From the NCBI RefSeq assembly GCF_036321535.1, contig NC_087437.1:55864001-55928000 (forward strand): a DNA stretch of 64,000 nt, written 5' to 3'. The translations under genes were made by a program, and so were the position numbers. Below are positions 11,774-25,280 of this stretch, piece after piece (the first letter of the stretch is position 1; every line of letters begins with the position of its first letter). This DNA comes from Camelus dromedarius. Taxonomy: Eukaryota. The notes under the pieces were generated by a model. The model had not been told where the DNA came from. It did no database searches and saw nothing but the letters and a program-made list of their open reading frames with translations.

Positions 11774-14700
11774 CTTTTTTTCTTTTTTTTTCAGTGGGGG
11801 AAGATGAGAAAACCATAATGGCACAGGTCCTGTTGTCCTTGAACATTTTCCCATCTCTTCCATCTCTTCAGAATCCCCAGCAATCTTTGAGAGTGTCTGC
11901 TCAAACACTGTGACATTGTATTTGTAAAGGAACAAAAAATGCTTATTCTTCAAGGCTTTAAAATTGGTCACAAACTGCTTCAGCCTTGCTCCCTTTTCTG
12001 CAGCACATGGTGATGATCAGAACACCTTCTATTTCAGACATTTTATTCTTGTAATAAACAGACTACCCCAACCTTCCCTCTTGTGGCTTCAACGTCTCAA
12101 CTTCTACATTAGAGAGGCATTCGACATTTCTGAACTTTTCAGATTCTTATTCCCATTCATCCACTCACCCTAATTTAGGTTTGCTCAACTAAGAATCCTT
12201 GCCACTTCCTCCTATTAATTCTTAAACTGACGCCTCTTATCCTCTTGACCGCACTCTAGGGTAGTAAACATTTGGGGCTGGAGGGGAATAGTGAAAGGAA
12301 CCATTGTTTCTTGAGCAGCTACAAATTAGAGGAAAATGTCCAGGGCTCTTGCATAATCTAATTTAATTGCCATTGCAGGCCTTCTGGAGTGAGTGTAATG
12401 CCCATTCTACAGACTGAGAAAATGAGATTCAGGAGTCTTGTATAATACCCAAAGTCACTTAATTGATTTGTGTCAGAGCTAGAATGGGAACCCAGATGTT
12501 TTGATTGGCTCCAAAATTCATATTCCTTCTTTGTTCATCTGTGGTTTGTGACCTACCTTCCTCAAAAATAGTTTAGGTGGCTTATAACAAATGAACTAGT
12601 AAAATGGTCAAAAATAAAAACCACAGAGGGAATGAGAGAAAGGAATTATAACAGGATTTGGAAGAAGGCCTTTACTATAACTGGGGATCCAGGAAAAATT
12701 CAAAGCTTATAAATGTAATTTTATTTCCCTAATGGTGGATATTAATGGTTCAAGCCACACTTCTGGTAGCTCTTGCTGTAGTTTGACTGATTTGGGAGAA
12801 TGGGAGAGAAAGGTAGACCCTTCTCTAGGATACAGAGGTTACCTGCCTATGGAGTCTGGGCATCCTGGCATCTTAGTTACTTTGTGGTGGGCAGAGATAG
12901 AGGAAGAAACACCTGGCAACCCCCCTGTGCGGTTCCTGTGCTTTGATAGGGACTTACAGATGTCCCTAAATATATTCAAATGTGCCAACCATTATGCGAG
13001 GCTTCTACAAAGGGATGAAATGGGTTTGAGGATAACCAGGAGCCTCCTTTACTATATCCTTTGCTTCCTGCTCTATCTTGGTCTCCCATGTCTCCCTCAC
13101 CACTTCACTCATTTTTTGATTATGTAACCTGTCACACTCCACTGTCTTATTTCTAGGAAGGTAGCACAGAATGAAAGAGAAAACTCTTGGCCTAGGAGCT
13201 AGGAGACCTATCAACTCATCATTTAGCAATGTGTGACTTGGGCACATTTTTTTCTTAGTCTTATATTTACCCATCTGTACAATAGACATACTAATTCCTG
13301 CCCATCCCGACACTGCCATCCCATGTCCTCCTCCACAGGGATGTGAGACCCATTCAGGAAAAGGAATCAAGGAGAACTTGGTAACCTGAAATCTTAGAAC
13401 TGGAAGAGTTTGTTATATATATAAACACCTGTTTCTACAACATCGGTCTAAACTTGTCTTCTTGAGAAAGGCTAAAGGAAGAAATCAGCACCTTCCTGCT
13501 TTAAAGACAGTGATTGTAAAATGCAGCTGAATTGTCAATTGCACATTAATTGTCATGTTCACTTATGCAAATGTATACAGCATATTGTTTGAATGCCTCT
13601 GGCTGTGGCTCTGCAGTGATCCGGAACGGAGCCTTCCCTGTTTTGTGTAATTACGGAGAATGCAGAGGGGCAGCTTCAAAGACCACGCCTAGTACCACTG
13701 CAACACTCAGGTGTCAGACACTTTTTATTTTTTCAAACATTATTACAGCATGTTTTTTTGGAACTTGAATTCATTTACAGAGCCTTCTAAATCTCATACA
13801 CATACACATACACACACACAAATAAAACTCAACAAAACATTGTTTTGCCCTCTCTTCTCTAATATAAATTTGGCTGCAACAGGGAAGAGACAAACAGGGG
13901 CAAAATAATACATTTTATTTGAGGAGTATTAAAGAGGAGCTTTTCCCCTTTTACATGCTCAGCCCAGTCTTCATTCTATGGTCATAATAATCACTTACTG
14001 TAAATACCAACAGTGTGTGTAGTTCTTTCTCCTCTTGTCTTTTTCAGTTCTCACCATAGCCCTGCAAGGTAGGTTGCATTATTATCCCCGTGTAACTCCT
14101 ACTTTATGAGCTTCTCAAAAATGGAACCACTTCTTAGTTTTCTTACCTCTAGCATCTAACTCATGCAGTAGGTGTATATCTATTTAGTTTATGTAGTTTT
14201 CTGGTGATGGACATTTCCCGGCTTGCATATATGGCTTTCTAATATATCCTTGAGAAAGACCTAAACATTGATTTTTTTTTTTTTGACTCTCCATTCTTCC
14301 CTGATTCTCATACGCATCACTAGTTCTATATTCAAAGAGAATTCAGGAACAGACGTTGAGTAGAGAATACTGTATGTAATATAACGCAGAGTATGACAAA
14401 GCAACCCTAGTAAGTTTCCAAATTGAAGTTATGCTGAATGGAAGGCTTGTTTTTCCCTTTGTCTCCCAGGAGACTTGTGGAAACTCAGAAGGACAGTTCT
14501 TTGGGCTCTGGGGCGCCCTTCGTGTAGAGGGGCGTTTGGCATTCTGACGGGTTCCCTCACAGCCCACGAGCATCTAGGCTGAGAAAGCACGCGTCCTGCG
14601 TGACGGCAGGGTGTGCTGCCGAGTGCCCTGTCTGAGTGGCTTTGCAGCTATTTTCTGCATATCCCAAATGGCTTAGGAAGCTACAGATGAAATGCCTCGG

Positions 14701-15131
14701 CTGCAGTTTTACCTTGGCATCTCCATGTCTGTCTTAAGCCTTTGGGTCTTTACTCTGTTCTTTTCCCTTATTGATTTTCAAATTTGTTTTGAGTTGAAGG
14801 GCACACAAGGGGAGAGGGATGGAGAAAACAACAGAGGGAAGAAGACGAAGCAGTGATCTGTCCTCTTACAAAGGAGGTACTTTAGGAAGATGCTCAGCTT
14901 TGTCAGCTACACATGTAGGAAAAATATGGTTTGAGAATTGCCTGGTGATCCCTCCCAAGTCAGGAAAGATTCTTAGATGGGAACACAAATAACTTCTTCA
15001 TAAGGTTCTGGAGAAATGTTTTTACCAGTGTACAGTTAAGGCCATGTTTTAGTCTGAGACCTGTTAGAAATGAGCAGCCCCCACTCTTCAGTGTCCCGTG
15101 CTCACCATCATTCCCATGTTTGTGTTCCTAG

Positions 15132-15289
15132 GACCTCGATGCAGTCTCAGTCTTCCTACGGTAACAGCTCCCCACCTTTGAACAAAATGAACAGCATGAA
15201 CAAGCTGCCTTCCGTGAGCCAGCTTATCAACCCTCAGCAGCGCAACGCCCTCACTCCCACCACCATTCCCGATGGCATGGGAGCCAACA
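15132..15289 (+). CDS. TP63: TP63 exon 11, 158 nt
   Basis: Acceptor ttcctag|G completes CA|G (Gln); reads [53 protein letters not shown]; donor ACA|gtaaga. Confidence 0.98.
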
Positions 15290-17178
15290 GTAAGAGCATC
15301 TCCCTGTAGCTGCAGCTGAAGGACCAGCAGGGCTAGTGTCGGGGAAGGCTGCTCTGGGAGGGGAGGAAAGGCTCGCTCTGAAGCTAAGTGAGAGGCACGG
15401 TGGGACAGAAAAGATCAAAGCTGAGTGGCTTAAGTTTCTCACGGTGAACTTTTAAGATAGGTGATTCATCACAGGGCACATTGGTGTAGATGGAGAAGGC
15501 TGTTCCTTTAGGAGGGATAAGGATCTCTGTGAAAAGAACAGCCCACTTCCTGCCCACCTGGATGGGGATCCACTCCTGCATTCTTTCAGATAGTCAGAAG
15601 GAAATACATCCAACTTGTGGGAAGTAGAACAGTGCAGTGGACTTAAAATCTAGAGAAATAGATTATAGCCTGGAGTCTATTGCAATATTGTCTGTGTAAC
15701 TCTGGACAAGTCACCTCTCTGCTCTAATGCTCAGTTTTCCATTCATCAAATTATCACTCTGCGTATTTAACCCTTTATGACTCTATGTGCCTACAATCTT
15801 GGCCTTCTCAACTCATCTACTCCATCCAGATACAGCCATTAAAGAATTGATGTAGGGGAAGGATTCTCCCTTTTATTTATTCACACACAGATTCCTCACA
15901 TCAACCAAGTGTAGCTATAAGAGACAGTGTGGGAACTGGGCCTCCAAATGGATGATGAGCGGTAAGGTACATAGCTTTGCTGTAAAGATAATTAGCTTGT
16001 CCACTGACACTTATCTAGCAAAGTGGATACCCAAACTGGAAAGGAAAGGGAAAAAATAAAAGGATGGTAAAAATGCAGAAGGGATACAGAAGCCTAAATT
16101 ACTGTCTTTGTATCCTGTAATCACCCTCATAAAATAGTATCTCAAACTTGTCCTTTGAAATCCTTCATTATTTTGATCAAGCCTTTAAACTTGCATTTTA
16201 CTGTTGCCTTGAAGAGATTGGGTTTTCTTAAAGAAGTTAAGGGAGGCTGGAATTGTGACTCTCTCTGGTTCTGATAGCAGATTTTAATGAGATGAGAGGT
16301 ATACAGGGTATGGTTCCTGGTACGGCAACAAAGATGTTAGGGCAGACTACTCTGTCACCAGTGAGAGGTGCACCTGAGGGCTCAAAACCCGACCCCTTGA
16401 CAGGTCTCCTACTTTGACAGTAAAAGGAAAATATACCTTTTTTTTTTTTTTTTTAACTTTCTTCCTTGTGACATCTTAGAGTCCTCAACTTTTTCTTGAG
16501 ATGCCAAAATAGTGGTAGTGGTAGCAGTCCTTCACATCCTTTCTCTTATTTATACTTCATGACTTCCCTCTGATGGTGTCAGGAAAGCCAGAGGGGAAAG
16601 CAGTGAGACACGATAGGCCTGCACTTTCTAGCTGGCTAGTGGCGGGCAGAGACCTTTCCCCTTTGGCACAATACCATTCACTAAAGTAGAAGCAAATTAC
16701 TTTCATCTTTCTGTAGGTAAATTATTGGTAGTGAGGTTTTCGTCTCTATAAGCGAATGTTTACAGTGTATGGTTTAGTAAAGACACCAGTGTTGGTGGTA
16801 TTCCCAAATACAGTCCTGCAGTGAACCATAAGAAAGAGCTGGGGTCTTTGATTGCATCCTCCCTTATGAGGCATTTGGTTCCCTACAAATGTTGCAGTAC
16901 CTCCTCCCATTCCCAAACCAAAAGGCCACAGGTCCCTCGTTCATTCACAGATTTGTTTATTTGTCCACTTAACCTAAGCCTCCTGAGCATCTGCTCTGCG
17001 CCAGGCGCTGCGCTGGGTTTGTGGGGACCCAGACGGGCATAAGGCTTAATCTCCATGCTGGAGGAGGTTAGTCTAGCAAGGGAGATAGGAATATAGCCCA
17101 CAGATGCAAATACAGGGAGGACTATATTAACGTCAGGAGCAACGAGCAGCTGGGACAGAGCATTAGAAGTAGAGAACA

Positions 17179-17326
17179 GGGGAGGGTATAGCCCAGTGGC
17201 AGAGCGTGTGCTTAGCATGCATGAGGTCCTGGGTTCCTTCCCCTGTCCCTGCATTAAAATAAATAAAGGCATAAATAAACCTAATTACCCCTCCCAAAAA
17301 TAGATAAAAAATTTAAAAATTAAAAA
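17179..17326 (+). mobile_element. Full-length Vic-1-type tRNA-derived SINE with target-site duplication
   Basis: GGGGAGGGTATAGCCCAGTGGCAGAGCG...TAAACCTAATTACCCCTCCC and A-rich tail; TSD AGAAGTAGAGAACA (17165-17178) / AGAAATGGAGAACA (17327-17340). Confidence 0.88.
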
Positions 17327-17588
17327 AGAAATGGAGAACAAAGTGGGAAGAGATTGTCCTAAGAGAATGTACCAAGGTCAAGACAAGTGTGTATTTAGTT
17401 TGGAGTTTCATGACTGTTCTGCTCCATGAGATGAAGGATGCTTTGAAGGGGTGTAGTGAGTGATAAGACTGAAAAGGAAGGCTGGCAGATTAGGCCCTTG
17501 GTAAACTTAAGCCAGGCGAGATGGACCACTGGGATGCTGGTACGTGATGACGGCAGTAACCCTCTCTGTTCCTCCTGCTTCTGTTCAG

Positions 17589-17733
17589 TTCCTATGATGA
17601 GCACCCACATGCCAATGGCTGGAGACATGAATGGACTCAGCCCCACCCAGGCCCTCCCTCCCCCACTCTCCATGCCATCCACCTCCCACTGCACCCCCCC
17701 ACCTCCGTACCCCACAGATTGCAGCCTTGTCAG
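17589..17733 (+). CDS. TP63: TP63 exon 12, 145 nt, containing the PPPPY (PY) WW-domain-binding motif
   Basis: Acceptor tgttcag|TT; reads [48 protein letters not shown]; donor CAG|gtgagt. Confidence 0.98.
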
Positions 17734-19043
17734 GTGAGTCCACAGCATGTGCCCCTGGGGGCCTGTCCTCAGCATCTCTGGGTGGTGGAGGGTGGACATT
17801 GTGAAGGTTAACAGCACAGTTGGAAAGCAAGAAAGCAGCCCTATGGTTGAAGTTCAGCCACTGTTATCTCTGATCTATGGAGTCATCAGCAGTATTTACT
17901 TAAAAAACAAAAAACCCAATAATCAGCATGGGAAAAAGTGAAAATGTGAATTTATGGGCATATAAACGTCATGCCTTTTTCCCGCATCTTCACTGATTCC
18001 CCTCCTCCTCCATCACATTTTTGCAGTCAGTTGTAGCCTTCAAATTGGTGCTCAGGGCTGGGGTTCCCAAAAGGGCAGTAAACTTGCTATCTCGCTCCCT
18101 TTCCTGCTCTCTAGGCCTCATAGCTCTCAGCCACCACAGGATCGTTATTTTGGAGTTGGATGTCCATAAAAAAAATGTTAATGTTAGCAAAAATGACAGG
18201 GACTTTCAAGAACCTGGTGGCCTCTTCTGCTTTGTCATATGGGAAATGGGTACACTCTAGGGAAGGGAGTTCACCCAGCCAGAAGGAAGAAGTGCATGAA
18301 GCCTAGAAAATTCTGTTTCCTACAGAGGCAAGAGTAGGTGCCCAAATCTCATACCTAGTGCCCATCATCTTGCTCCTGCTTCACGTGCAGAATGATTTTT
18401 TTCATTTGGCTGCTGGAAAATGTGTTGATTGCCATGTGATTGCTGCAACAGTACTAGTAGCATCAATGAAAGAGATGACAAAATGCCAGGCGTGTCCCAC
18501 CCAGCGTCTGGCTCTGTGGTGGCGCCATCCCTCTGAGACCCGAACCAGAAAGGAAGAGGTCTGTGTTCTGAGGAGGACGTTAATGACTTCACAGTCTAGT
18601 GGCCTCCAGTTTTTTCTTAGCCACATAAACCATCCTCAGAAATGCCAAATACCCGCGATTAAAGTGGAGTTGCTCTTTTTGAAGTGCAGAGCCAGGGGGC
18701 AAGAGAGCTGGAAAGTGGAGCACTGGACGCCTTCCTTTCACCCCCTGCAATGGCTCCTAAGGCACTTTTATGGAACCCCTAGAATTCCATCAATCACCAT
18801 TTGAAAATCTCTGCCCTGCAGGCATCCTTAAGCAGTTGATTTTAATTTCTATAGACCTTAAGTTCATGTCACTAATCATCCCCAAACCTCAAATCCAAGG
18901 CCCCACATATATTTTATCTGCCCCAGTCTCTTCTGCAGGGCATCCCAGGGTACAATGTTGGGTTTTTCCTTTATCTTGCCAATGCAGTTGGGGTGAACTT
19001 TCTTTTTCTGTTTCCTCCTTCCTCCTCCCTCCTCCCTCTGCAG

Positions 19044-19137
19044 TTTCTTAGCGAGGTTGGGCTGTTCATCATGTCTGGACTATTTCACGACCCAGGGGCT
19101 GACCACCATCTATCAGATTGAGCATTACTCCATGGAT
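19044..19137 (+). CDS. TP63: TP63 exon 13, 94 nt (SAM domain; alpha-specific, skipped in beta). Not in the supplied ORF track.
   Basis: Long pyrimidine tract and ctgcag|T; reads [32 protein letters not shown]; donor GAT|gtaagt. Confidence 0.98.
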
Positions 19138-20929
19138 GTAAGTAACTGTTAGACTTTTCTCTTGAGTTTTATTTCTTAATGTCCTCCCTCTGGTGACATC
19201 CACCTGGTAGTCCAATCCCCTCTGTTTTTCTCCTACTCCCAATCCTCAATTTTGTTGGAACCCACAGCCGTATTAGAGAGGTGCCCAGGCCTCAGCCTGT
19301 CCATACGAGAAGCTCAGCATGCAGTCTTCCCCGGCTTGTCCAATCAGTCGGCAGTCATTTATTGCATGCCTACCGTATGCAGACTGGGAAAGAGGAGATC
19401 TAATTCCCACCTTCAAGGAATGTGTCATCTCTAAAGAATTCAGAGGACTTGTTGGATATTCTCGTGAATTTGTATAAGATCCCAGGGAGGGTCATTAGAT
19501 AATGAGTTGATGACAGAACCAGGAATAGAACCCCAAGGTGTAAGCTTCTGGTCTTTAACTCTATTCATTGGCCTTTTCTGCCTTTCCTTAAAGTAGAACG
19601 TTACAGGGGACTGAGCTGTGCCTCTCAGTTAGCACCATATGTTTACTCGCGATCAGTTCTACTAGAATGGAGCCCAGCCATTCTTGATCGTTGGGAAAGA
19701 TCTCTGGTCATGGATTCAAGTCCCAACCATGCTTTTTAGTGGTAATGAGAACCTGAGGTTATCACTTTGCTTCTCTGGGCCTCAGTTAATCAAATTGGGT
19801 TCAAAATCACTCCTTTCTCGCTTTGTTAGTCTCTGGAGCAAGCTGGATGGGGGAGGGGCACTTTTTCTTGCTTCCTACGGCGACTGGAACTACTACTCAC
19901 GTGGGAGCTCGTCTTGTTCTGGTTTATGGCAATCTGCTTTCGCTCCCCAGCTGCTCTTCATGCTGCTTTCTTCGGGGTTCACTATCCTCCCTCCCGGCTT
20001 CCAGAGGGCCCTTTGGGCTGGTGGAAGAAGACACTCTCTGCCTCTGCTGCTGCTTCTGTAGTTGGGACCCCTTTTCTCCCCCTCCTTGAGCACCGATGCT
20101 AGAGACACCCCTGCAAATGTGAGAACGCCCCAGCCCCATGGTGACAAATATGTGCTGTGCTGTCCCTATGCCCACCCCTCTCCACCCCCTAAATCAGCCC
20201 TGGGCCTGGTGGAAGAAATTCCTAGTGAAAACTACAGAGAAAGCTTTAGGAGTAGGTTCTGCCAGGTTTCGGATAACTTTACAATGATGTCCATCCACTG
20301 AAGACAGTATGTTTGACACCAGACAGTGTGTTGCCCTGTGTTTGAGAGCCCTACATGATGGAGCAGGGAATTTGTCCTTCCCTGTGCTTTTTAAGTTTTA
20401 CCATCCCCTTGTTCACTTGTCCCCACTGGAAGGTGTGTCGGGGTGCCCCCTCGGCTGTTAGGCTCTGCTGATGCTCTCCACAAGTCCATCTCTACTGGTG
20501 CTGGCTGGGTCCTGTGCCAGGCTCTGGGCCACAGCTTTCTCACCTGTCATTATAAGTTAATATCTACCCAGGGAGTCATGCAGATTAATGGAGCCTAGTT
20601 TACAAAGAGTTTTGGACTTACTGGGAGTTTCAGAAGCATAAAGAGCTATGCTCACTTATCTATTTGTAGATTACTTTCTTTATAATGTATTCTTTTGCTA
20701 GAATAGGAAATTGGAGTACCCATACTGCACGTCTCCAGACTGGGAAGTATTGGGAGGCTATCTGATTTCTGCATCCTCACCTCAGCTTCTTCCTGCTCAT
20801 CACTGGAAATAGACCCCTCCTTTTCAGCTTGTCTCTCAACACGTGTCTGGGAAAGGAATGTGATTAAATTTTGGGAGCTCCCATTAGTACTCCCTCTAAG
20901 ATGCAAGGAGGGGTTAATAATGGTATAAC

Positions 20930-21165
20930 ACAGTAATAATACAAATGGTTAAGATTCCTGCAGTATGCTTTATAACTTGCAAAATACTTTCATATCCATA
21001 TTTACATATGCATCCACGAGATGTGTTGACCTAAAAAGAAATTGTACCCATTTTACCGATGAAGAAACTGAGGCCAGTAGAAAATAACTGACTTTGATGA
21101 AGGTTTAGAATCATTCAAGTGAAAAAATAATAACTTTTGATGAGGTGTTCCAACTCCTAGCCTAG
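20930..21165 (-). mobile_element. MIR SINE fragment
   Basis: Core cccattttaccgatgaagaaactgaggc. Confidence 0.65.
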
Positions 21166-21384
21166 TGTTCTTTCTACTTACCATGTTGCTCCATGAAAAA
21201 TGTGAACTGTCACTAAAACAAGCTAGTGAAGAGCTAATGCAGACAGATATAGAGATGCCACCACAGTTAGTTAGATCAACCATCTTTGTAATGCCTTCTA
21301 CCACCAACCACAGAACATGGACACATACTCTGCATTTTGATACCCTGATTTTTCTAAACACCAAGAAACTTTTTGGCTGTTAGG

Positions 21385-21595
21385 GAAGTTTTAGGCTCAG
21401 AGGCTGTCCTGAGTTCCCCTATTCATTCACTTAGTTGTGTAACTTTAGAATTATCAACCTCTTGGACCTTCAACTTTTCTGTCTATAAAATAGGTGTGAT
21501 AATATCTACCACTAATCTTAGCATTAAATGAGATCATGAATAAAAAATAATTAATTCAATGCCTGGCATGTAGAATGTGTTCAGTATCTGTTAGT
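21385..21595 (+). mobile_element. MIR SINE
   Basis: tctataaaataggtgtgataatatctacc...attaaatgaga...tgcctggcatgtag. Confidence 0.65.
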
Positions 21596-21987
21596 AATCT
21601 TTTTTTCCTATCTCCTCCTTTGAGAAGTGGTGGCATTCCATTAATATCTTTCTTCTAGTGACTAGAGCCGGGTAGATTTGAGAGTTGGAAAGTACCTTTT
21701 ACGTTATGTTTTTGTTTTGGGATTTTTGTTCTCTGATCTAAATATTATCTCTATTTTACCAATGAATAAACTGAGACCAGTAGAGAATAAGTAAAATGTT
21801 ATCTACGAGAAGAGAATACACCCCAAGGCTGTACCCTTGTGCTTGGTTACATATAGTGCCAAAGATTATTAAAGAGATGGTTTTATTTTCCAGTTTAGAG
21901 TTGAATAAAATGCAGGTCAGTTAAACCAGAGCATTGGGGAATGACAAAATGGTGTGGATTAAAGGTCAGTTTGTCTCTTTGTCCTAA

Positions 21988-22314
<327 letters not shown>

Positions 22315-24361
22315 GCATTCCTGTGCGAGCACTTCCCATCTTCCCGTCTGCCCACCCACCCCCCTACAAGGCACTACTGCTTGACCTGCCAAGCACACTC
22401 CCTAGGTCCCCTCCTCCCTCTTCTCGATCTGGCTTCCTAAGGGAAGGAGAAGTAAGAGGCTAACGTTTTACCTAATGTCCGACCTGGCATCTGATTCTGA
22501 TTCTGGCTTTAAGCCTTCAAATCTATTGCTTGCAGGATTGAAATTGTCATGGCTAGGTAGAAGTGAGCAAAAAAGCTGTGGGTGTCTCCTTAAGCTGTAG
22601 AGATCTCTCACTGACTTTTATAAAGCATTTTCACCCTTATAGTCTAAGACTATATATATAAATGTATAAATATACAGTATATATTTTCGGGTGGGGGCAT
22701 TAACTATTGTTTAAAATGTAATTTAAAGGATGAAATGGAGTTGCACTTATCAACTTTTTTTTTAATTGCTTTGGATGACTTACCTGTAAACCTTCTCTCA
22801 AGGCCTGCTATGTATGGTAATAGGTACCTAGATTTCAATGGTCCATGTGTATGATGAGGATATATTATATAGGTCCCTTCGGTTCTTTTGATGCTAAACA
22901 CATGCCACATCAGACCTTTGGTTAGACCCAGTACTGTTTGCCATTGCTTATTACGTGAGGGAGACTTACACCCATGTACGTGAATCTCTGTGTTGGTGTG
23001 TTCTGTGTTATTGACATCCCTGCTACCGATGGTAGTTGACTTTGGGGTTATTTCGTCTAATGACAAGGAAAAGTCCATGTTCACCCTATCGCTCACCAGA
23101 GGAAAGGAAGTATCCTCTCTTGCTTTTGATTGGGATTGGGGAATATGAGTCATGGCTAAAATTCTTAAAAAGTTCACGGCAGCCAGTTCAATAACACCTG
23201 GTATCGTGTATCTGAGTATACTGGCAACCTCCTCAAATTTAATACCAGACATCTTAACTCTTAGTATTTATTGGGAAAGCATCTGCTGCCAGTACTAAAT
23301 TTCACTGCTAGATTGATTAACTCAATTACACATTTGCTACCCTCGTTAGAATTAAGGTTGATTTGATTGGGAAGAATGCCGTCTGCCCAGTTCTTGGAGC
23401 AAAGCTGTAATGTCTGTTAAAAATAACCAGGAAAAACAGGAATCACACAGAGATGTTGAAGCTCCACTAAACAGTTAGACATCTCAGTAAGCCATGAATT
23501 AAAATACTTGGAAGACTTTTGGAAACATAAATAATATTTGATAAATGTTTCTTTTAATGACCCTCCTGTTCTATGAGATTCTGCATATAGAGGCTTGTTT
23601 ATCTTTCTCTCTTAAAGGTTTAACATAGGAGTAGTGATCTGGAAAATACAGTCATATGAGATGAGTTTTCCTGTAGCATTGGTCGCATCACTGTATCACT
23701 TTTCTTTTTGAACAACGATAGTTTCACTTTGTTGGAAAGTAACTGTGAGAACCCAATTTCCCGTCCATCTCTCTTTCAGACTGTGCATGCACATAAGGAT
23801 GTCCCAACAGATCAGGGAATAAGCCTTCCATTGGAGATGTTGCTTGAAGCACATAAACCAAGATTTGTCTTCAGACTTTGGAAAAACATGTAAATGGCAA
23901 TATTCCTGTACATCTTTTAGAAACATACTTTGTAGCAAAACACTTTTTTTTCAAACTACGAAACAAATATTTTGTATATATGCTAATGAGTTCAAACCTC
24001 TCCCATGCCATCTGGTAAAGGGCTATCATTGCACATAAGCTTCCATTTTTATTTTAAATTGCAAAAGGGCTACTGTGACTCAAAAATACATATGAGGTTC
24101 ACCTGAAAAATGTATATATATTTTGCATGTTGAATTGCATACTTTATATTTTGATTATTTTTTTTTCTTCTTGGGATAGCAGGTTTTGCAGAACCACAGT
24201 TGAAACTTTTTTATTATTATTATTGTTTTTATATTTTCATGGAAACATCATTTAGTAAGACTACAATGTCAAATACGAAAAAAAATGCCGTACATGTAAG
24301 ATGGGGGGAAGGGAAAGTTGTTTTTTATTTTTTTTTAGTTTTGTATGTTAAAAGAGAGTGA

Positions 24362-24375
24362 GTCCTTGATTTCAA
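24362..24375 (+). promoter_or_regulatory. miR-203 target site (7mer-A1 ATTTCAA plus 3'-supplementary GTCCT)
   Basis: GTCCTTGATTTCAA: ATTTCA pairs with miR-203 nt 2-7 and GTCCT pairs with its AGGAC (nt 12-16); miR-203 repression of p63 is established. Confidence 0.65.
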
Positions 24376-24380
24376 AATTT

Positions 24381-24703
24381 TATTGTGATAAATGGCAGTA
24401 AGCACTGTTAACTGTGGAACACTGTTAGCTTTGGAAACCAATTAAGGGGAAGAATAAAACCATGCCTTGGCAGTACTAGGAGGGCCAGTGGCTTCCTCAA
24501 CTGTCCTAAGTGTTTGAATAAACCAAAGACTTCTGAGGTATTGTGGTTAAATGGTAATAAGCACTGTTAACTGTGGAACAAGCATGCAGCTTTGGAAACC
24601 AATTAAGGGGAAGAATGAAAACCATGCCTTGGCGGTGCTAGGAGGGCCATTGGCTTCCTCCACTGTCCTGAGTGTTTGAATAAACCTAAGACTTCTTCTG
24701 AGC
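24381..24703 (+). repeat. Tandem duplication of a ~160 bp unit within the TP63 3'UTR
   Basis: Copy 1 is 24381-24538 and copy 2 is 24539-24703; shared blocks include taagcactgttaactgtggaaca, agctttggaaaccaattaaggggaagaat and gtgtttgaataaacc. Confidence 0.95.
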
Positions 24704-25280
24704 TATTTCAGCACTAATTCAGGTAGCGCTAGGGACTCCGAAATTCCTGTACTGTGTATCATGGGCTTGGCATTAGCCAAGGCTAAGCACAACTACTGGC
24801 CTCACATCCACTTAACATTTTTTGAGTGCATGAGTAGCTAGGATAAAGGGTGTAAAAATATTGAGGACAGACAAGTGGGAGTGGGCTTAATGGAGTTTTT
24901 GTGGCCTCAGCTCAATACAGGTAGCTGAAGAATGGTTAGACTTTTGTTCAGAGGTGATTAGAAATGGAAATGGAGGAGAGAACTTTCTGTGTTAAATCCG
25001 TTTACCTTTTGTTTTCTTGATAGTCCCCTAAAATACAGTATACGGGATATTGAATGTTAAAGGGTGTGTTTTTTTTTTTATTATTTTTATAATTGTAAAA
25101 AAATTAAGTAAATGCCAAATGTTTTATATGCTTTATTAATGTTTTTGAAAAGTTCTTTCTTATAGATGTGATACTTTTTTTTTTTTAAGCTTCAGTTGCT
25201 TGTCTTTTGGTATTTTGTATACTGGGCTTTTGGTGAGCCAGAGGCCAATCTATAAGCCACTTATGTTTGCCAGGACATGC

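Noticed and set aside
17179..17250. tRNA-Ala-like sequences (also at ~1190-1262 and ~28595-28666)
   Set aside because: They have degenerate stems or B box, SINE tails and (for 17179) a TSD, so they are SINEs rather than tRNA genes.
22704..23252. Longest ORF in the track (182 aa, - strand)
   Set aside because: It is antisense to the TP63 3'UTR with no recognisable domain; the length is compatible with chance.
24381..24703. Repeat unit as a CRISPR-like array or an assembly duplication
   Set aside because: The context is eukaryotic, there are two copies and no spacers; substitutions and indels between the copies argue against a simple mis-assembly.
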